Source: a virus. From it: 39,994 bases of DNA. Shown piece after piece: positions 17,584 through 27,099 of this stretch; position 1 is the first letter of the stretch, and every line of letters begins with the position of its first letter. Both the position numbers and the translations under genes were made by a program. The stretch is taken from IMG/VR virus record IMGVR_UViG_3300028549_000379, positions 1 to 39,994 of that record; one strand, written 5' to 3'. Under the pieces are notes generated by a model. That model did not search any database and was not told the origin of the DNA. It saw only the letters and a program-made list of their open reading frames with translations.

Positions 17584-19596
17584 TTATTTTTTATACCTAA
17601 TTCCGCGCCAACCTTCGGCGATAACCGGATAATCTTTCGCCCAGGATGGGACAGCCGATAAAGTGTCTTCAAACTCTTTAACGCTTCCGAATCCGATCGG
17701 GACTTCCGCGACAACTTCGTCATGTACCGTCATACAAATTGGGTAGCCTTTTGCCTCTAGTTGAAGCATACCGTTACACATTAAATCCCTGGCCGTCGCT
17801 TGTACAATGTTTTCCGTTATCATACCGCCGTAGGTGTGTTGTCTTTCCCATCTTTTAGTTAGAGAGTTTACGCCCATGAAGGTTAAAGACTCTTTAACGC
17901 TTCCCCATTTTGTGGTTACTTCTTTTATCAAAGGTTCCGCGTAAGCTAGGCAACGTCCGGAAGGTAATTTACAATATAGAAAGAATCCTTGTACCTTCCA
18001 CGCTATCGGGCCTTCCTGTACTAATCTTCCCGGATTTCTAGTCGCCAGTATCGCCGCGCGTTCCTGGGCGTACCAAAATTTTACAACTTCCGGATATGTA
18101 GTTCTATAAGTCTGTACAACGCTTTGAGCGGTATCGTACGAAATATCTAACCCCACCATATTTTTAACGTGGCCGATAAATCTTTCCGGTCCCATTTGGA
18201 AGCCGCAACCTAAAACGCCCATTTTTCCTAATTGGCGTTCTACTTTGTTTTTCTTTTTATCTAGCGGACGTTTGTAGATTTCTTCGGCTAACCGGAGATA
18301 GATATCGGCGCCGCTTTTAAATTCGTCTATCCCTCTTTGTGCGCCGGCAAGTACCATTAATACGCGCGCCTCAATTTGAGCGAAATCCGCCGCGATTAAA
18401 TCGTGTCCGGGTTTTGCTATTATAAATCCGCGAAGTGCGGCGCTAATCGCGTCTATAACATTCGGGTACAACATTTCGAAGGCTTCGAGGTCGTGGAGTT
18501 TTAACGTTTGGATGATAATATCCGCGTTATACTCGTCGCTTCCTTTTGGGAAGTTTTGAACCTGGATTCCACTACCCGCCCAACGGCCGGTAGAAGCCCC
18601 GTGATAAACCAAAATATCCCTTACCCGTTCGTCATCGCCTAATCTTTGTTTAATTTTATCTAACTTAGCGGTGGAAGATTTTCCGGCTTGTTGTCTTATT
18701 TCTAGTATTCTTCTAACATTTTTATTTTCACACGTTTTTAAATAATCTTTGATAATGGCCGCATTTAAGCTAGGAAGTGCGCCGGGTTCTACGTGATTGT
18801 GTAGATATTCCCCCAACTTTTTAACTTCTGTAGCCGCCATAACGGCGCCGGACGTTAGGTCCTGTAATTCTAAATTCAATCTAGTTTTATATTCGCTAGT
18901 GAATCTAATCGCCGTATCCAAGACCTCGGTATCAATCTGTACGCCGCGTAAATTAATTTTTTGATCTAATTCCCATATAGCTTTTTCGGTTTTGCCTAAA
19001 TCCGGTATCGCTTTGTCTATTTCGCGTTCTACTATAACGTCCTGGTCGCAATATGAATATAACGTTTCAAATTTTGCCGGGTCGTTGACCCATCTTGTGG
19101 GGTCTTTTTTACTGGGATTTTTCGGCCGCGATAATTGAAGCATTGTCTTTTTTCCGGATTCGTCTTTTTCTTCCGAAAGATGTAAGGCTTTGGCGCATTT
19201 CGCCAAAGATCTAGGGAGTGCATGACTGGCCGCTTTTGCAGCTGTACAATCCCAACGTTTTAAATCCCACATGTTCGGAAATCCTAGACGTTTGTGTAGG
19301 ACATTATTCCACATGCAAAATTCAAACATAGAGTTGTGCGCTTTAAAAATATTCGTTTTATCAAGCGCTAACGCTTTAGCCTGTTCGATGTTCGGAGTTG
19401 TAAACCCGCCGTCGTCTATGAAATCATAGAAATAATTATCGAAATCGTCTTTTGTAATTGTCAAAACTTTTTCGTCATCAATCGTAAAACATAGGCATAA
19501 AACGGAGGTAGAAGGGTCCGTAGAATACTTCCACGGACCTACTTCCGTTACATCTATGAGGCTTCGAGTTTCAAAGTCAAGATGTATGTTAGCCAT
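17584..19596 (-). CDS. Family A DNA polymerase with 3'-5' exonuclease domain
   Basis: Exo motifs LDFETRS, HNSMFEF and YCDQDV. Pol motifs DFAQIEARVL (A), RQLGKMGVLGCGFQMG (B) and VHDEVV (C). Confidence 0.9.
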   Translation of the reverse strand: MANIHLDFETRSLIDVTEVGPWKYSTDPSTSVLCLCFTIDDEKVLTITKDDFDNYFYDFIDDGGFTTPNIEQAKALALDKTNIFKAHNSMFEFCMWNNVLHKRLGFPNMWDLKRWDCTAAKAASHALPRSLAKCAKALHLSEEKDESGKKTMLQLSRPKNPSKKDPTRWVNDPAKFETLYSYCDQDVIVEREIDKAIPDLGKTEKAIWELDQKINLRGVQIDTEVLDTAIRFTSEYKTRLNLELQDLTSGAVMAATEVKKLGEYLHNHVEPGALPSLNAAIIKDYLKTCENKNVRRILEIRQQAGKSSTAKLDKIKQRLGDDERVRDILVYHGASTGRWAGSGIQVQNFPKGSDEYNADIIIQTLKLHDLEAFEMLYPNVIDAISAALRGFIIAKPGHDLIAADFAQIEARVLMVLAGAQRGIDEFKSGADIYLRLAEEIYKRPLDKKKNKVERQLGKMGVLGCGFQMGPERFIGHVKNMVGLDISYDTAQSVVQTYRTTYPEVVKFWYAQERAAILATRNPGRLVQEGPIAWKVQGFFLYCKLPSGRCLAYAEPLIKEVTTKWGSVKESLTFMGVNSLTKRWERQHTYGGMITENIVQATARDLMCNGMLQLEAKGYPICMTVHDEVVAEVPIGFGSVKEFEDTLSAVPSWAKDYPVIAEGWRGIRYKK

Positions 19597-20159
19597 TATG
19601 TAAGATCCCCCAGGATATCGTCGCTTTCTTCGGCAACTGTACCGGCTAGGCTAGCGAAATCGTCTTCCGCAGTTGAACGGCTTACCAACGGTTCGCCGTC
19701 TTTCATCTTACAAAGGTTTTGTAACCCGAACGCTACGCCTTTATTCCCGTTTTTGTCGTAAGCGTAAGCGGTTACGGTAGCGATGGCATAACAGCCGCTA
19801 TAGAACTCGTTAGGGTCTATAATCGCTTGTTTTGTTCTTACGTCAATTAATCCAGGAGGTTGAAGCGTAGATTTAGCGTTTGCTATAATTTTGTCTTTGT
19901 CTTCCGGATATTTGTCTAAATCGCTTTCACTTCCGTTTTTCAATGGCGATTTAAGACCTTTAGGCGGGTTAGAACCCCATTTATTCCTAATAGCTTCTTT
20001 TACAATTTCTTGTAAAGGCGCGAAATCTTCGCCTTTGTCAAAAATCATTTTAACGGAATACTCGTTTTTCCCCGATTGTTCATTCATGCGCGGCGTAAAT
20101 ACGTTTACGAAACTCGCTCTAAATGTTGGTGTCATTACCTTTTTTGTTGAATTTGCCAT
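19596..20159 (-). CDS. SSB-like protein (DUF2815-type) with acidic C-terminal tail
   Basis: N-terminal VMTPTFRASFVNVFTPR pattern. It lies between the Cas4-like nuclease and the polymerase, as in DUF2800/DUF2815 modules. The C-terminus is ESDDILGDLT. Its stop overlaps the polymerase start (TAATG). Confidence 0.6.
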   Translation of the reverse strand: MANSTKKVMTPTFRASFVNVFTPRMNEQSGKNEYSVKMIFDKGEDFAPLQEIVKEAIRNKWGSNPPKGLKSPLKNGSESDLDKYPEDKDKIIANAKSTLQPPGLIDVRTKQAIIDPNEFYSGCYAIATVTAYAYDKNGNKGVAFGLQNLCKMKDGEPLVSRSTAEDDFASLAGTVAEESDDILGDLT

Positions 20160-20181
20160 GATTGGCCTCCTTTTCTTCTGT

Positions 20182-20194
20182 TTTTGTGTTCGAC
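20182..20194 (-). promoter_or_regulatory. Conserved 13-mer GTCGAACACAAAA (exact)
   Basis: Sense on the - strand, 22 nt upstream of the SSB-like ATG, followed by ACAGAAGAAAAGGAGG. Confidence 0.6.
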
Positions 20195-20221
20195 TGTTCT
20201 ACTGTAATCCCTAATTTATCC

Positions 20222-21514
20222 CTATAATCCGATATCGGCGAAATCCGTAATAGATGACGCGATTTGTTTTTCCCTAAAATCCGCGTCCCTCGCAAGGGTT
20301 AAACCTCCTTCGGGTTTATAACAATAACTTTGTACTGTTGCTTTGGCACTTTTCCCCATTTTTTCAATTTGTGCCGGTGTTTTTAGCGTTTTGTTGTAAA
20401 GATCTTCCGCGTCTACCCCTAATTCAAGTTCGAGCATGGTAGCTACGACGCTTTCATCCGTCCATTTTCTGTGAGCCTTACCGCTTCTAACTAGCTTATA
20501 GCCTTCGATATATCCGCCGCTATCAAGCAAACTAAACGCGTGAGCCTTGACGTCGCTTATATAAGTTTCCAAGATCTCCGCGTTATCCAAAAATAATTTT
20601 AATTCTGCCGGCGTTAATTCCATCGGTCTTCTTAAAACGTTTTTAGATACTGGCGCTTGAAAATCCATTTTCGCTACGTTATTTACGGTCGTTCTCATAG
20701 CCGGGCATATCATTTTAGCGTTACAAAATCTACACCATTTGCCGGTACAAGTAGCGGCGTTTTCTTCACGGGTCTTAGCGATTCTTTTCGTTAGTTCCGC
20801 TTTGAACCTTGCTACATATTCCGGAGTTGTCGCCCAACGCCTAACCGGTCCGTCCGCGTGGGACGCTCTAGGTTGAATGATAACTAACTCTATAGTTTTG
20901 AAATTCATAAGGTTTTCGCCGGCCGCGCCAATAGCGTAATAAAGCATTTGCTTATTCTCTACAGGCTCTACCGCGATTCCCTTACCATATTTGTAATCGT
21001 ATACAATTAGTTTTTCCCCTGGTCGTTGGATTGAAGCGTCGTTAGTCCCGCGGGCTTCCGGATCAACGTCGGTAAGTTCGAAGCTTTTTTCGATATTTAC
21101 CCACGGTTGATAAATGCTATCCTGGGTTTTTTTGTCCCAATGCTTCCAACTATCCGAAGTCCCTCTAGACTCTACTTCGATATTCCCGCGGAGAGTACAA
21201 CCGATTTCTAAGGCGTCTTGTAAAATCGTATTTGCGTACAATTCCGCACTTTCCGCCATTTCTTCGGTTACTTTGAATTGGTAATCGTCGGCCTCTACTA
21301 TTTCGCCAACTAAAGAACTAGCCGGCCAAACAGCTTTATAAGCTACTCGGTTTGTCAGAACTTTTTCCGCTACCTCGTGCGCGGCGGTTCCCTCGGCGGC
21401 AAACTTAGAAGTCTCCGCTTTTGGTAGGCGGGCAATAAACGCGTTACTACCCGGACAATTCCACCAACGCTCACATGACGACGCTCCAACGGGGCTATGC
21501 GTCATTTCTGCCAT
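20222..21514 (-). CDS. PD-(D/E)XK nuclease, Cas4-like with Cys cluster (DUF2800-type)
   Basis: An N-terminal Cys pair (CERWWNC) and a C-terminal CTGKWCRFCNAKMIC resemble the Cas4/AddB-type 4-Cys arrangement. Acidic/lysine core around IVYDYKYGKG. Confidence 0.7.
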   Translation of the reverse strand: MAEMTHSPVGASSCERWWNCPGSNAFIARLPKAETSKFAAEGTAAHEVAEKVLTNRVAYKAVWPASSLVGEIVEADDYQFKVTEEMAESAELYANTILQDALEIGCTLRGNIEVESRGTSDSWKHWDKKTQDSIYQPWVNIEKSFELTDVDPEARGTNDASIQRPGEKLIVYDYKYGKGIAVEPVENKQMLYYAIGAAGENLMNFKTIELVIIQPRASHADGPVRRWATTPEYVARFKAELTKRIAKTREENAATCTGKWCRFCNAKMICPAMRTTVNNVAKMDFQAPVSKNVLRRPMELTPAELKLFLDNAEILETYISDVKAHAFSLLDSGGYIEGYKLVRSGKAHRKWTDESVVATMLELELGVDAEDLYNKTLKTPAQIEKMGKSAKATVQSYCYKPEGGLTLARDADFREKQIASSITDFADIGL

Positions 21515-21945
21515 TATTTACCGCCTTTGATTTCGTTAATAATAGCCGCGTAGTCTTTTTCTTGAATATCAGGGATTTTTGCGTATCCGAATTTTTTCAA
21601 GATTTCAACCGCTTTAGCCTTACCTTGGCTGATATCGCCACAAGAGCCTATAAAATGGCTAAATGCCGCTTTAACGTCGTCTATTGTGAGTGCTACCGCT
21701 TCGACTTCCGGAGTTAGATCTAAATCGCCTAACATGTCGTCTTCCTCAATAGCCGGAGTTGCTTCCACTATTTCAGCTTCTACAACTGGCGTAGGTTCCG
21801 GCGTAACTTCTTCTACAGCTTTTTTAGGTGATTTTCTAGTAGAAGTTTTTTTCGGCGTTTCTGCGCCCTGGCTATCTTGTTGCGATAACTCGATGATGGT
21901 TTCCAATGCGACCGCTATACGGTCTAGTGATGATTCGATTGTCAT
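21514..21945 (-). CDS. Possible independently initiated in-frame product (143 aa) nested in the SNF2 ORF
   Basis: Inside the ORF: 13-mer variant (21968-21982), then AAAGGAGAAAACATC, then ATG at 21945 (codon 441). This is the same architecture as at bona fide gene starts. Confidence 0.4.
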   Translation of the reverse strand: MTIESSLDRIAVALETIIELSQQDSQGAETPKKTSTRKSPKKAVEEVTPEPTPVVEAEIVEATPAIEEDDMLGDLDLTPEVEAVALTIDDVKAAFSHFIGSCGDISQGKAKAVEILKKFGYAKIPDIQEKDYAAIINEIKGGK

Positions 21946-23265
21946 GATGTTTTCTCCTTTTCTTTTGTTTTGTGTGTTCGACAATAAACGAGTAATGACT
22001 TTACTCTTACTAATTACGCTTTTTAACATATTATCTTCGAGGGTATCCGGAACGACTAAATAGTGAGCCATAACGGGCTTTGTTTGTCCCATTCTGCGGA
22101 CTCTATCCCTTGCTTGTTCTAAGTTCCCCGGTACCCAGTCAATTTCTGCAAATACTACATGGTTACAAACTTTTTGAAGTCCATCAACGCCGAAGCCCGC
22201 CGCGGTTATTTGGCCGACAAATAAACGGCTATTATAGTCTTTTACAAATAGATCTACTTCAAATTGTTTCATTTTAGCGGTGATTCCACCTAAAACACAT
22301 CTTACGGTATGCCCCGCGAAACGTTTACGAATAGCGTTTATAACGGTTCTGTGATACGCGAAAATTACTATTTTTTGTTCAGTTTGTAATAAATTTTCTA
22401 TATACTCGTAAACTTGATTTAATTTAGCTTCGCCTAATTGGCGTCTTATTGTGGCTTGTATCCCTAATTCACTATCGGGATTGAAGTCGTTAGCCTCTTC
22501 GTGTAGGCGCTCTTCTTCCGCTAGAACGTCCGCGATTTCGTCCGTTGTTTCGAGTAGTACGGTTTTTTCTATAAGCGGAGGAAGTTCCGTTAAAACTTCT
22601 TCTTTAGTTCGTCTAAGCATGAAATCGGAAAGTTTTTCGTTAAGTTCCTCAATATTTGAAGATCCTTTATCTTCCAAAACTCCGTAACTGTTCATGAACG
22701 CGCCGCAATATCTAATAGCGTAAGCCTCGTAGCTTGTATAAGGTTCGATAACCTGGGGCGCCATAACTTTTAACATAACGTAAAAATCTTTAGGTCTGTT
22801 TCTTACCGGCGTCCCTGTTAGCGCGTAAGTATGTTTAGCGTTTCTGATAAGCCCGTCGTTACTTAAAACCTTTTTAGTGCGTTTAGCGTCCATATTTGAT
22901 AGGTTATGCGCTTCGTCCAGGATTAAATAATCATATTGAAGACTCATTAATTGTTTGAATATTTCCGGATAAATTAATAAATCATAGTTGACGATTATAA
23001 TTTCCGCGTCCGATTCTAAAATATCTTTTACTTTAAATAGGATTTGATATTTATAATCTTTTTTGACCCACTCGCTTAACTCTCTAAACCAATTTATTTT
23101 TAAAGAGGATAGCGTCAAAACTAAGACGCGTTTCGGTCTTTTACGATCAATTAGCCCCGCGACTTGAATAGTTTTACCCAGGCCCATATCATCGGCCAAG
23201 AGCGCCGTTTTTCTCGCCGCCATAAAATCTATGCCGACATTCTGAAAATCTCTATATTGTTTCAT
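21514..23265 (-). CDS. SNF2-family helicase (about 440 aa) fused in frame to a 143-aa acidic C-terminal region
   Basis: Motif I DDMGLGKT, motif II DEAH (LILDEAHNL), motif III TGTPVRN, motif VI QARDRVRRMGQ. Confidence 0.85.
   Translation of the reverse strand: MKQYRDFQNVGIDFMAARKTALLADDMGLGKTIQVAGLIDRKRPKRVLVLTLSSLKINWFRELSEWVKKDYKYQILFKVKDILESDAEIIIVNYDLLIYPEIFKQLMSLQYDYLILDEAHNLSNMDAKRTKKVLSNDGLIRNAKHTYALTGTPVRNRPKDFYVMLKVMAPQVIEPYTSYEAYAIRYCGAFMNSYGVLEDKGSSNIEELNEKLSDFMLRRTKEEVLTELPPLIEKTVLLETTDEIADVLAEEERLHEEANDFNPDSELGIQATIRRQLGEAKLNQVYEYIENLLQTEQKIVIFAYHRTVINAIRKRFAGHTVRCVLGGITAKMKQFEVDLFVKDYNSRLFVGQITAAGFGVDGLQKVCNHVVFAEIDWVPGNLEQARDRVRRMGQTKPVMAHYLVVPDTLEDNMLKSVISKSKVITRLLSNTQNKRKGENIMTIESSLDRIAVALETIIELSQQDSQGAETPKKTSTRKSPKKAVEEVTPEPTPVVEAEIVEATPAIEEDDMLGDLDLTPEVEAVALTIDDVKAAFSHFIGSCGDISQGKAKAVEILKKFGYAKIPDIQEKDYAAIINEIKGGK
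21968..21982 (-). promoter_or_regulatory. 13-mer variant GTCGAACACACAAAA (CA insertion), located inside coding sequence
   Basis: Sense on the - strand, 22 nt upstream of the internal ATG at 21945. Confidence 0.5.
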
Positions 23266-25388
23266 TATAGTAGTCCTAACTCTTCCAGGTTAACAGCCAT
23301 TCTCTTATAGCCGTTTGTAGTCTTCCCTTGCTTTTTATGATGGAATTTACCTTTTTCCCATCCTAATTCTTTAACCATAATTTGGGCGACGCGGGTTAAT
23401 TCCCTTTGTGTCGTTCTGCTTATGGATATTCCGATACATTCTTCTAAAATTTCGCGTCCTGTTACCACGGATCTAGGCGAACCAATTTCCGGATCGGTTC
23501 TACATAACCAATCGGCTATAGGCTCAATCCACGGGTCGCGCTGTCTTCTTTTTTCAGTTTCATAATTCGCCATCTTTATCACATCATCCCCTAGGTAAAG
23601 TCTTTCACCTTTAAAGTACCTCGATACGGCTTCCGCCCATAATTGGTCCCGATTTTCTTTTAATCCGGAGAAGTCTACTTTTTTGCAAACTACCGGCCAA
23701 AAACGGCGATTCCCCGTAGTATCTTTTAAATATCCCCCGCCTTCTTCCGGGTTGATTGTTCCAATAAAAACACTTTGTCTCGGATAGTCTTCCGCGTTTC
23801 GGCGGTATGCTAATCTTACGCGATCAGTTGTTTTCGATAAGAAGGATTTTAATTTATCAGTATCAACCTTACGGCTACATACCATTTCGGATACTTCGAT
23901 TATCCAATTTCCCCGCATAGCGTCTATTGTATCTTTGTCGCTGTCCGTAATTCCTATATCGCCGTACCATTTACCGCCTAAAATAGCGATTAACGTACTT
24001 TTTCCGATACCCTGTTCGCCCTCTAATACAAGCATTGAATCAAACTTGACGCCTGGATTAAATACACGCGCTACCGCTCCTGTCAATACTTTACGAGATA
24101 CCGCACGGGTGTATAAGTTATCATCCACGCCCGCGAAATCGTGTAGCCACGTATCTAGTCGCTTTTTACCGTCCCATTCAAGAGATTTTAAATAATCTCT
24201 AACAGGATGGTAGCGGAATTTTTCCGCCGCAATTTGTGCCGCTTCCTGGCATAGTTGGGTAGGAACGTTAAAACATCTTACGCGACTTAACCAATATCTA
24301 AAATTGATCGCGTCGGAATCCGTCCAAGGTCCTAATTTTTTTCCGTTATGCCACGGTGCCGGATTTACAAACATAAGGTCGTTTGTAAACTCGTTATATT
24401 TGAGGATTCCCAAGAATGGGTATTCTTTACAAAGAAGGTAATTAACCGTATTTCTGATAGTCGGTTTTATAGTATTCGTACGATTATCTACGTCCCATTT
24501 TAAATCGTCTTCACTTTCTCCGATTGTCTCTTCTTCAAGCGATAATACTTTCTCGAAATCGCTTTCAGCGGTATTTTTACCGATAATATCTATGTTATAA
24601 GTGTACGCGTTATCAACCTTCTTTTTCAATTCGTTAATATCCCAAACAGGTACACAGCGAGGATTCCAAAACTCTACTAATAATTCAAAAGTTTTTTGAG
24701 CCGATAAAGCGAAATCGCGCCCGCGACATGCAGTTTTGAAAGTTAAGACGTCGCCGCCTTCGCCTTCAATCGCCGGCGGGCAACCTTGCAAAAATTTCAC
24801 ATAACGTAAAACACTTTGTTCGCTATCAGTAAAAGCAAGTTGTGTTTTGCTTAGATCTAGTTCCGCTCTTTTGATTTTTTCTAATAAAGCTACGGGCGCT
24901 TGTTCCGGCTTAAAAGGTTTTTTTAGTAAAGAATAAAGTTTCCCAGTATCCGGGTGAATACTTCCCGCCCCTACTATTTGTTGACCTTTTGTTTTAAATT
25001 CGATTCCTGGATATTCTTTTTCTAAACTTCCGCGCACATCAAAGTTACCCGGCTTTTTAAAATAAATATGAAGACCATCGCCACCGGTACGAACCGTAAA
25101 CGTGCTAAAGTCTGCGCCAATGTCTTTAATGAATTGTGCTAGCACGTTTACGCCCACCGGAAATCTACGCGGATCTACATCAACTATCAAGTCAGTATCG
25201 CGTAAGACTATCCCATAGTTTCCTTTGATTTCATCAGCCGTCATAAACGGATCATATTCAGTTTTTACCCAGTCTTTGACTGCCGGGATTTTGCCGTTTA
25301 AAGGCGTTAGGGTATAACCCGCTTCCACGTAGCCTAAGACTAATTCGCCCTTACTCAAGTCCGGACAAGTTGTCTTCTTCTTTTCCAC
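23265..25388 (-). CDS. Bifunctional primase-polymerase (AEP) / VirE-D5-type P-loop helicase
   Basis: N-terminal prim-pol pattern (KIPAVKDW, LIVDVDPR, GGDGLHIYF). C-terminal Walker A LEGEQGIGKST with D5/VirE-like context. 707 aa. Confidence 0.85.
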   Translation of the reverse strand: MEKKKTTCPDLSKGELVLGYVEAGYTLTPLNGKIPAVKDWVKTEYDPFMTADEIKGNYGIVLRDTDLIVDVDPRRFPVGVNVLAQFIKDIGADFSTFTVRTGGDGLHIYFKKPGNFDVRGSLEKEYPGIEFKTKGQQIVGAGSIHPDTGKLYSLLKKPFKPEQAPVALLEKIKRAELDLSKTQLAFTDSEQSVLRYVKFLQGCPPAIEGEGGDVLTFKTACRGRDFALSAQKTFELLVEFWNPRCVPVWDINELKKKVDNAYTYNIDIIGKNTAESDFEKVLSLEEETIGESEDDLKWDVDNRTNTIKPTIRNTVNYLLCKEYPFLGILKYNEFTNDLMFVNPAPWHNGKKLGPWTDSDAINFRYWLSRVRCFNVPTQLCQEAAQIAAEKFRYHPVRDYLKSLEWDGKKRLDTWLHDFAGVDDNLYTRAVSRKVLTGAVARVFNPGVKFDSMLVLEGEQGIGKSTLIAILGGKWYGDIGITDSDKDTIDAMRGNWIIEVSEMVCSRKVDTDKLKSFLSKTTDRVRLAYRRNAEDYPRQSVFIGTINPEEGGGYLKDTTGNRRFWPVVCKKVDFSGLKENRDQLWAEAVSRYFKGERLYLGDDVIKMANYETEKRRQRDPWIEPIADWLCRTDPEIGSPRSVVTGREILEECIGISISRTTQRELTRVAQIMVKELGWEKGKFHHKKQGKTTNGYKRMAVNLEELGLL

Positions 25389-25596
25389 TTTCTAACCCCG
25401 CTGAAATTTCTACATAGTCATTGTGATGTAACGCTTGTCCTACTTGTGCAGGTTCAAACCACCATTTTTCTGAAAACTTCACCGCGGGTACACGTCCTAA
25501 CCGTGCTAAACGACTCCAACTTTGGCGTGAACCGCCATCGCGCGAAGCCATTTCTTCGGCGCTGTAATGCAACAGGCCGTTAAAAATTCTCGCCAT
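25351..25596 (-). CDS. Excisionase/AlpA-like HTH DNA-binding protein
   Basis: YSAEEMASRDGGSRQSWSRLARLGRVPAVKFSEKWWF matches the HTH_17 excisionase-type pattern. ggagg SD. Overlaps the primase start by 38 nt. Confidence 0.7.
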   Translation of the reverse strand: MARIFNGLLHYSAEEMASRDGGSRQSWSRLARLGRVPAVKFSEKWWFEPAQVGQALHHNDYVEISAGLESGKEEDNLSGLE

Positions 25597-25625
25597 CTCT
25601 TTAACCTCCGAAAGTTAATATTCAA

Positions 25626-25638
25626 TTTTGTGTTCGAC
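25626..25638 (-). promoter_or_regulatory. Conserved 13-mer GTCGAACACAAAA (exact)
   Basis: Sense on the - strand, 26 nt downstream of the -10 of promoter 25665-25692 and 29 nt upstream of the ATG at 25596. Confidence 0.6.
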
Positions 25639-25664
25639 AAAAGGGTTAAATAACCCATATAACC

Positions 25665-25692
25665 ATTATCAACGCTGATTAACGCGTGTCAA
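25665..25692 (-). promoter_or_regulatory. Sigma70-type promoter for the replication operon
   Basis: On the - strand: TTGACA (25692-25687), 16-nt spacer, GATAAT (25670-25665). Confidence 0.5.
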
Positions 25693-25718
25693 TGGTTTGT
25701 AACGCAATTTTAACGAAA

Positions 25719-26108
25719 TTAATACCTAGGAATGAACGTATAAACGGGCATAACGTTAACAAGCGGAACCGCGGTATTTGTTATAATGTCGCAAGAGCCA
25801 TTGGGGTAGTATCTCACTTGCCCGCCTAGCCTTTGCGCCTGTTCGCAGTTATGACGCTTAAATTTGTTTAACGAATCATTCATACTAATTTGTAATTGCA
25901 TGTTTTTGTTAGCCTGTATAACCTCTTCTATTCGCGCGTTTTCACGCACTTTAGGATTAGCCGGCTTTCCTAACAACTCATTTATTGTACGGACTTCCGC
26001 GCTATGTGCCGCCGGCGGAGTCCATCCTAGCATTAGTTTTGCGCCTAATGCTATAAATGCAAAAATGATTGTTCTTATAAAAATATCTCTAAAATTTATG
26101 TCGCTCAT
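25719..26108 (-). CDS. Secreted or membrane-anchored hypothetical protein
   Basis: ORF track 25719..26129. The second ATG at 26108 has an aaagga SD, and a TATAAT box overlaps the first ATG. Signal/TM segment IIFAFIALGAKLMLGW. Confidence 0.55.
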   Translation of the reverse strand: MSDINFRDIFIRTIIFAFIALGAKLMLGWTPPAAHSAEVRTINELLGKPANPKVRENARIEEVIQANKNMQLQISMNDSLNKFKRHNCEQAQRLGGQVRYYPNGSCDIITNTAVPLVNVMPVYTFIPRY

Positions 26109-26306
26109 AGTTGATCCTTTTGTTTGCATTATATCCTATGGGGGATAAAAATTCATCCCCCTGTAGAATAAAAATTTACATTTTACGTTTTTTCTTTTCC
26201 GCAATAGGGACAAAATTCCCTATGATACCAATGGTCGTAACTCCAATCCCTCTCAAAGTGGATATTGAAACGAAAAAAAATTTTTCTAACTTTAATTCTA
26301 ATTAGT

Positions 26307-26492
26307 CTAAACATCTTTACCTACCTTCCTTAGTATCCAGTAAAATAAACCTAGTGGGAATATAGCCCAACCTAAAAGGATTATCGCTAAAATCTCTTCC
26401 GGAAGATCCGGAGTCCCCTCGACTTTATTTACAACGTAAAAAACGAAGAGAGTTGAGAAGAAATAATAATCCCAAATTAAAACGTTATTCAT
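26307..26492 (-). CDS. Small two-TM membrane protein
   Basis: 61 aa with two hydrophobic helices (YYFFSTLFVFYVV and ILAIILLGWAIFPLGLFYWIL). Its start overlaps the upstream gene end. Confidence 0.5.
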   Translation of the reverse strand: MNNVLIWDYYFFSTLFVFYVVNKVEGTPDLPEEILAIILLGWAIFPLGLFYWILRKVGKDV

Positions 26493-27099
26493 GGTTCTCC
26501 TCCGGCTTCTTAGCTTCCATAATAAAATGTAATCTAGCTAGTGCGTTCCAGGCTACATGCGCCGCGTGTGCTAATTCGCTTTCATCGTCTGCGAAGTTAT
26601 CCGCCTCGGCGCAAAGATGGCGTAACATAGCATTGGTATAACGGTCTAGCCCGTTTTCTACGTAGCGCCAATTTCCTTTTTCGTATTTATCAGCGCCAAA
26701 CGCCCAAACTTTACTAATCTCGGTTAACGGGATTCTAAAATCCTGTATCGTTTCGGCTAGTCTCGGTTTTCCGGCGTCAAATTTTTTACCGATAAGCTGA
26801 TCTGATAATTCTTGAAGAAGACCGCAATAAAATTTCTTAGAATGTTCACACTTTTTACAAGTTTTAGGATCAAAAGATTTAGTACAAACCATATTTAACG
26901 CGCCCGGCGTAGTATTGAACGGGCGTCTTTTGAGTAAATCCGGGGATAATTCCCCGCTAGTAAAGTCTTTAATAGGTTTAAACCCTTTACAAGTATTTGT
27001 AGCCAGATTCGGTGAAGCGTTTATCTCGCATTGTACTATTTTGCAGATCTCGCCGGTCATAATTGCGTTTATACAGTAATTACATTTTTCAAAGTGCAT
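26485..27099 (-). CDS. Cys-rich N-terminal domain fused to a DUF5664 / dATP-dGTP diphosphohydrolase-N-like domain
   Basis: The C-terminal half has GADKYEKGNWRY...LRHL...ELAHAAHVAWNALA, which I recognise as the phage DUF5664-type pattern. The N-terminal half has about 10 Cys. Confidence 0.45.
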   Translation of the reverse strand: MHFEKCNYCINAIMTGEICKIVQCEINASPNLATNTCKGFKPIKDFTSGELSPDLLKRRPFNTTPGALNMVCTKSFDPKTCKKCEHSKKFYCGLLQELSDQLIGKKFDAGKPRLAETIQDFRIPLTEISKVWAFGADKYEKGNWRYVENGLDRYTNAMLRHLCAEADNFADDESELAHAAHVAWNALARLHFIMEAKKPEENHE

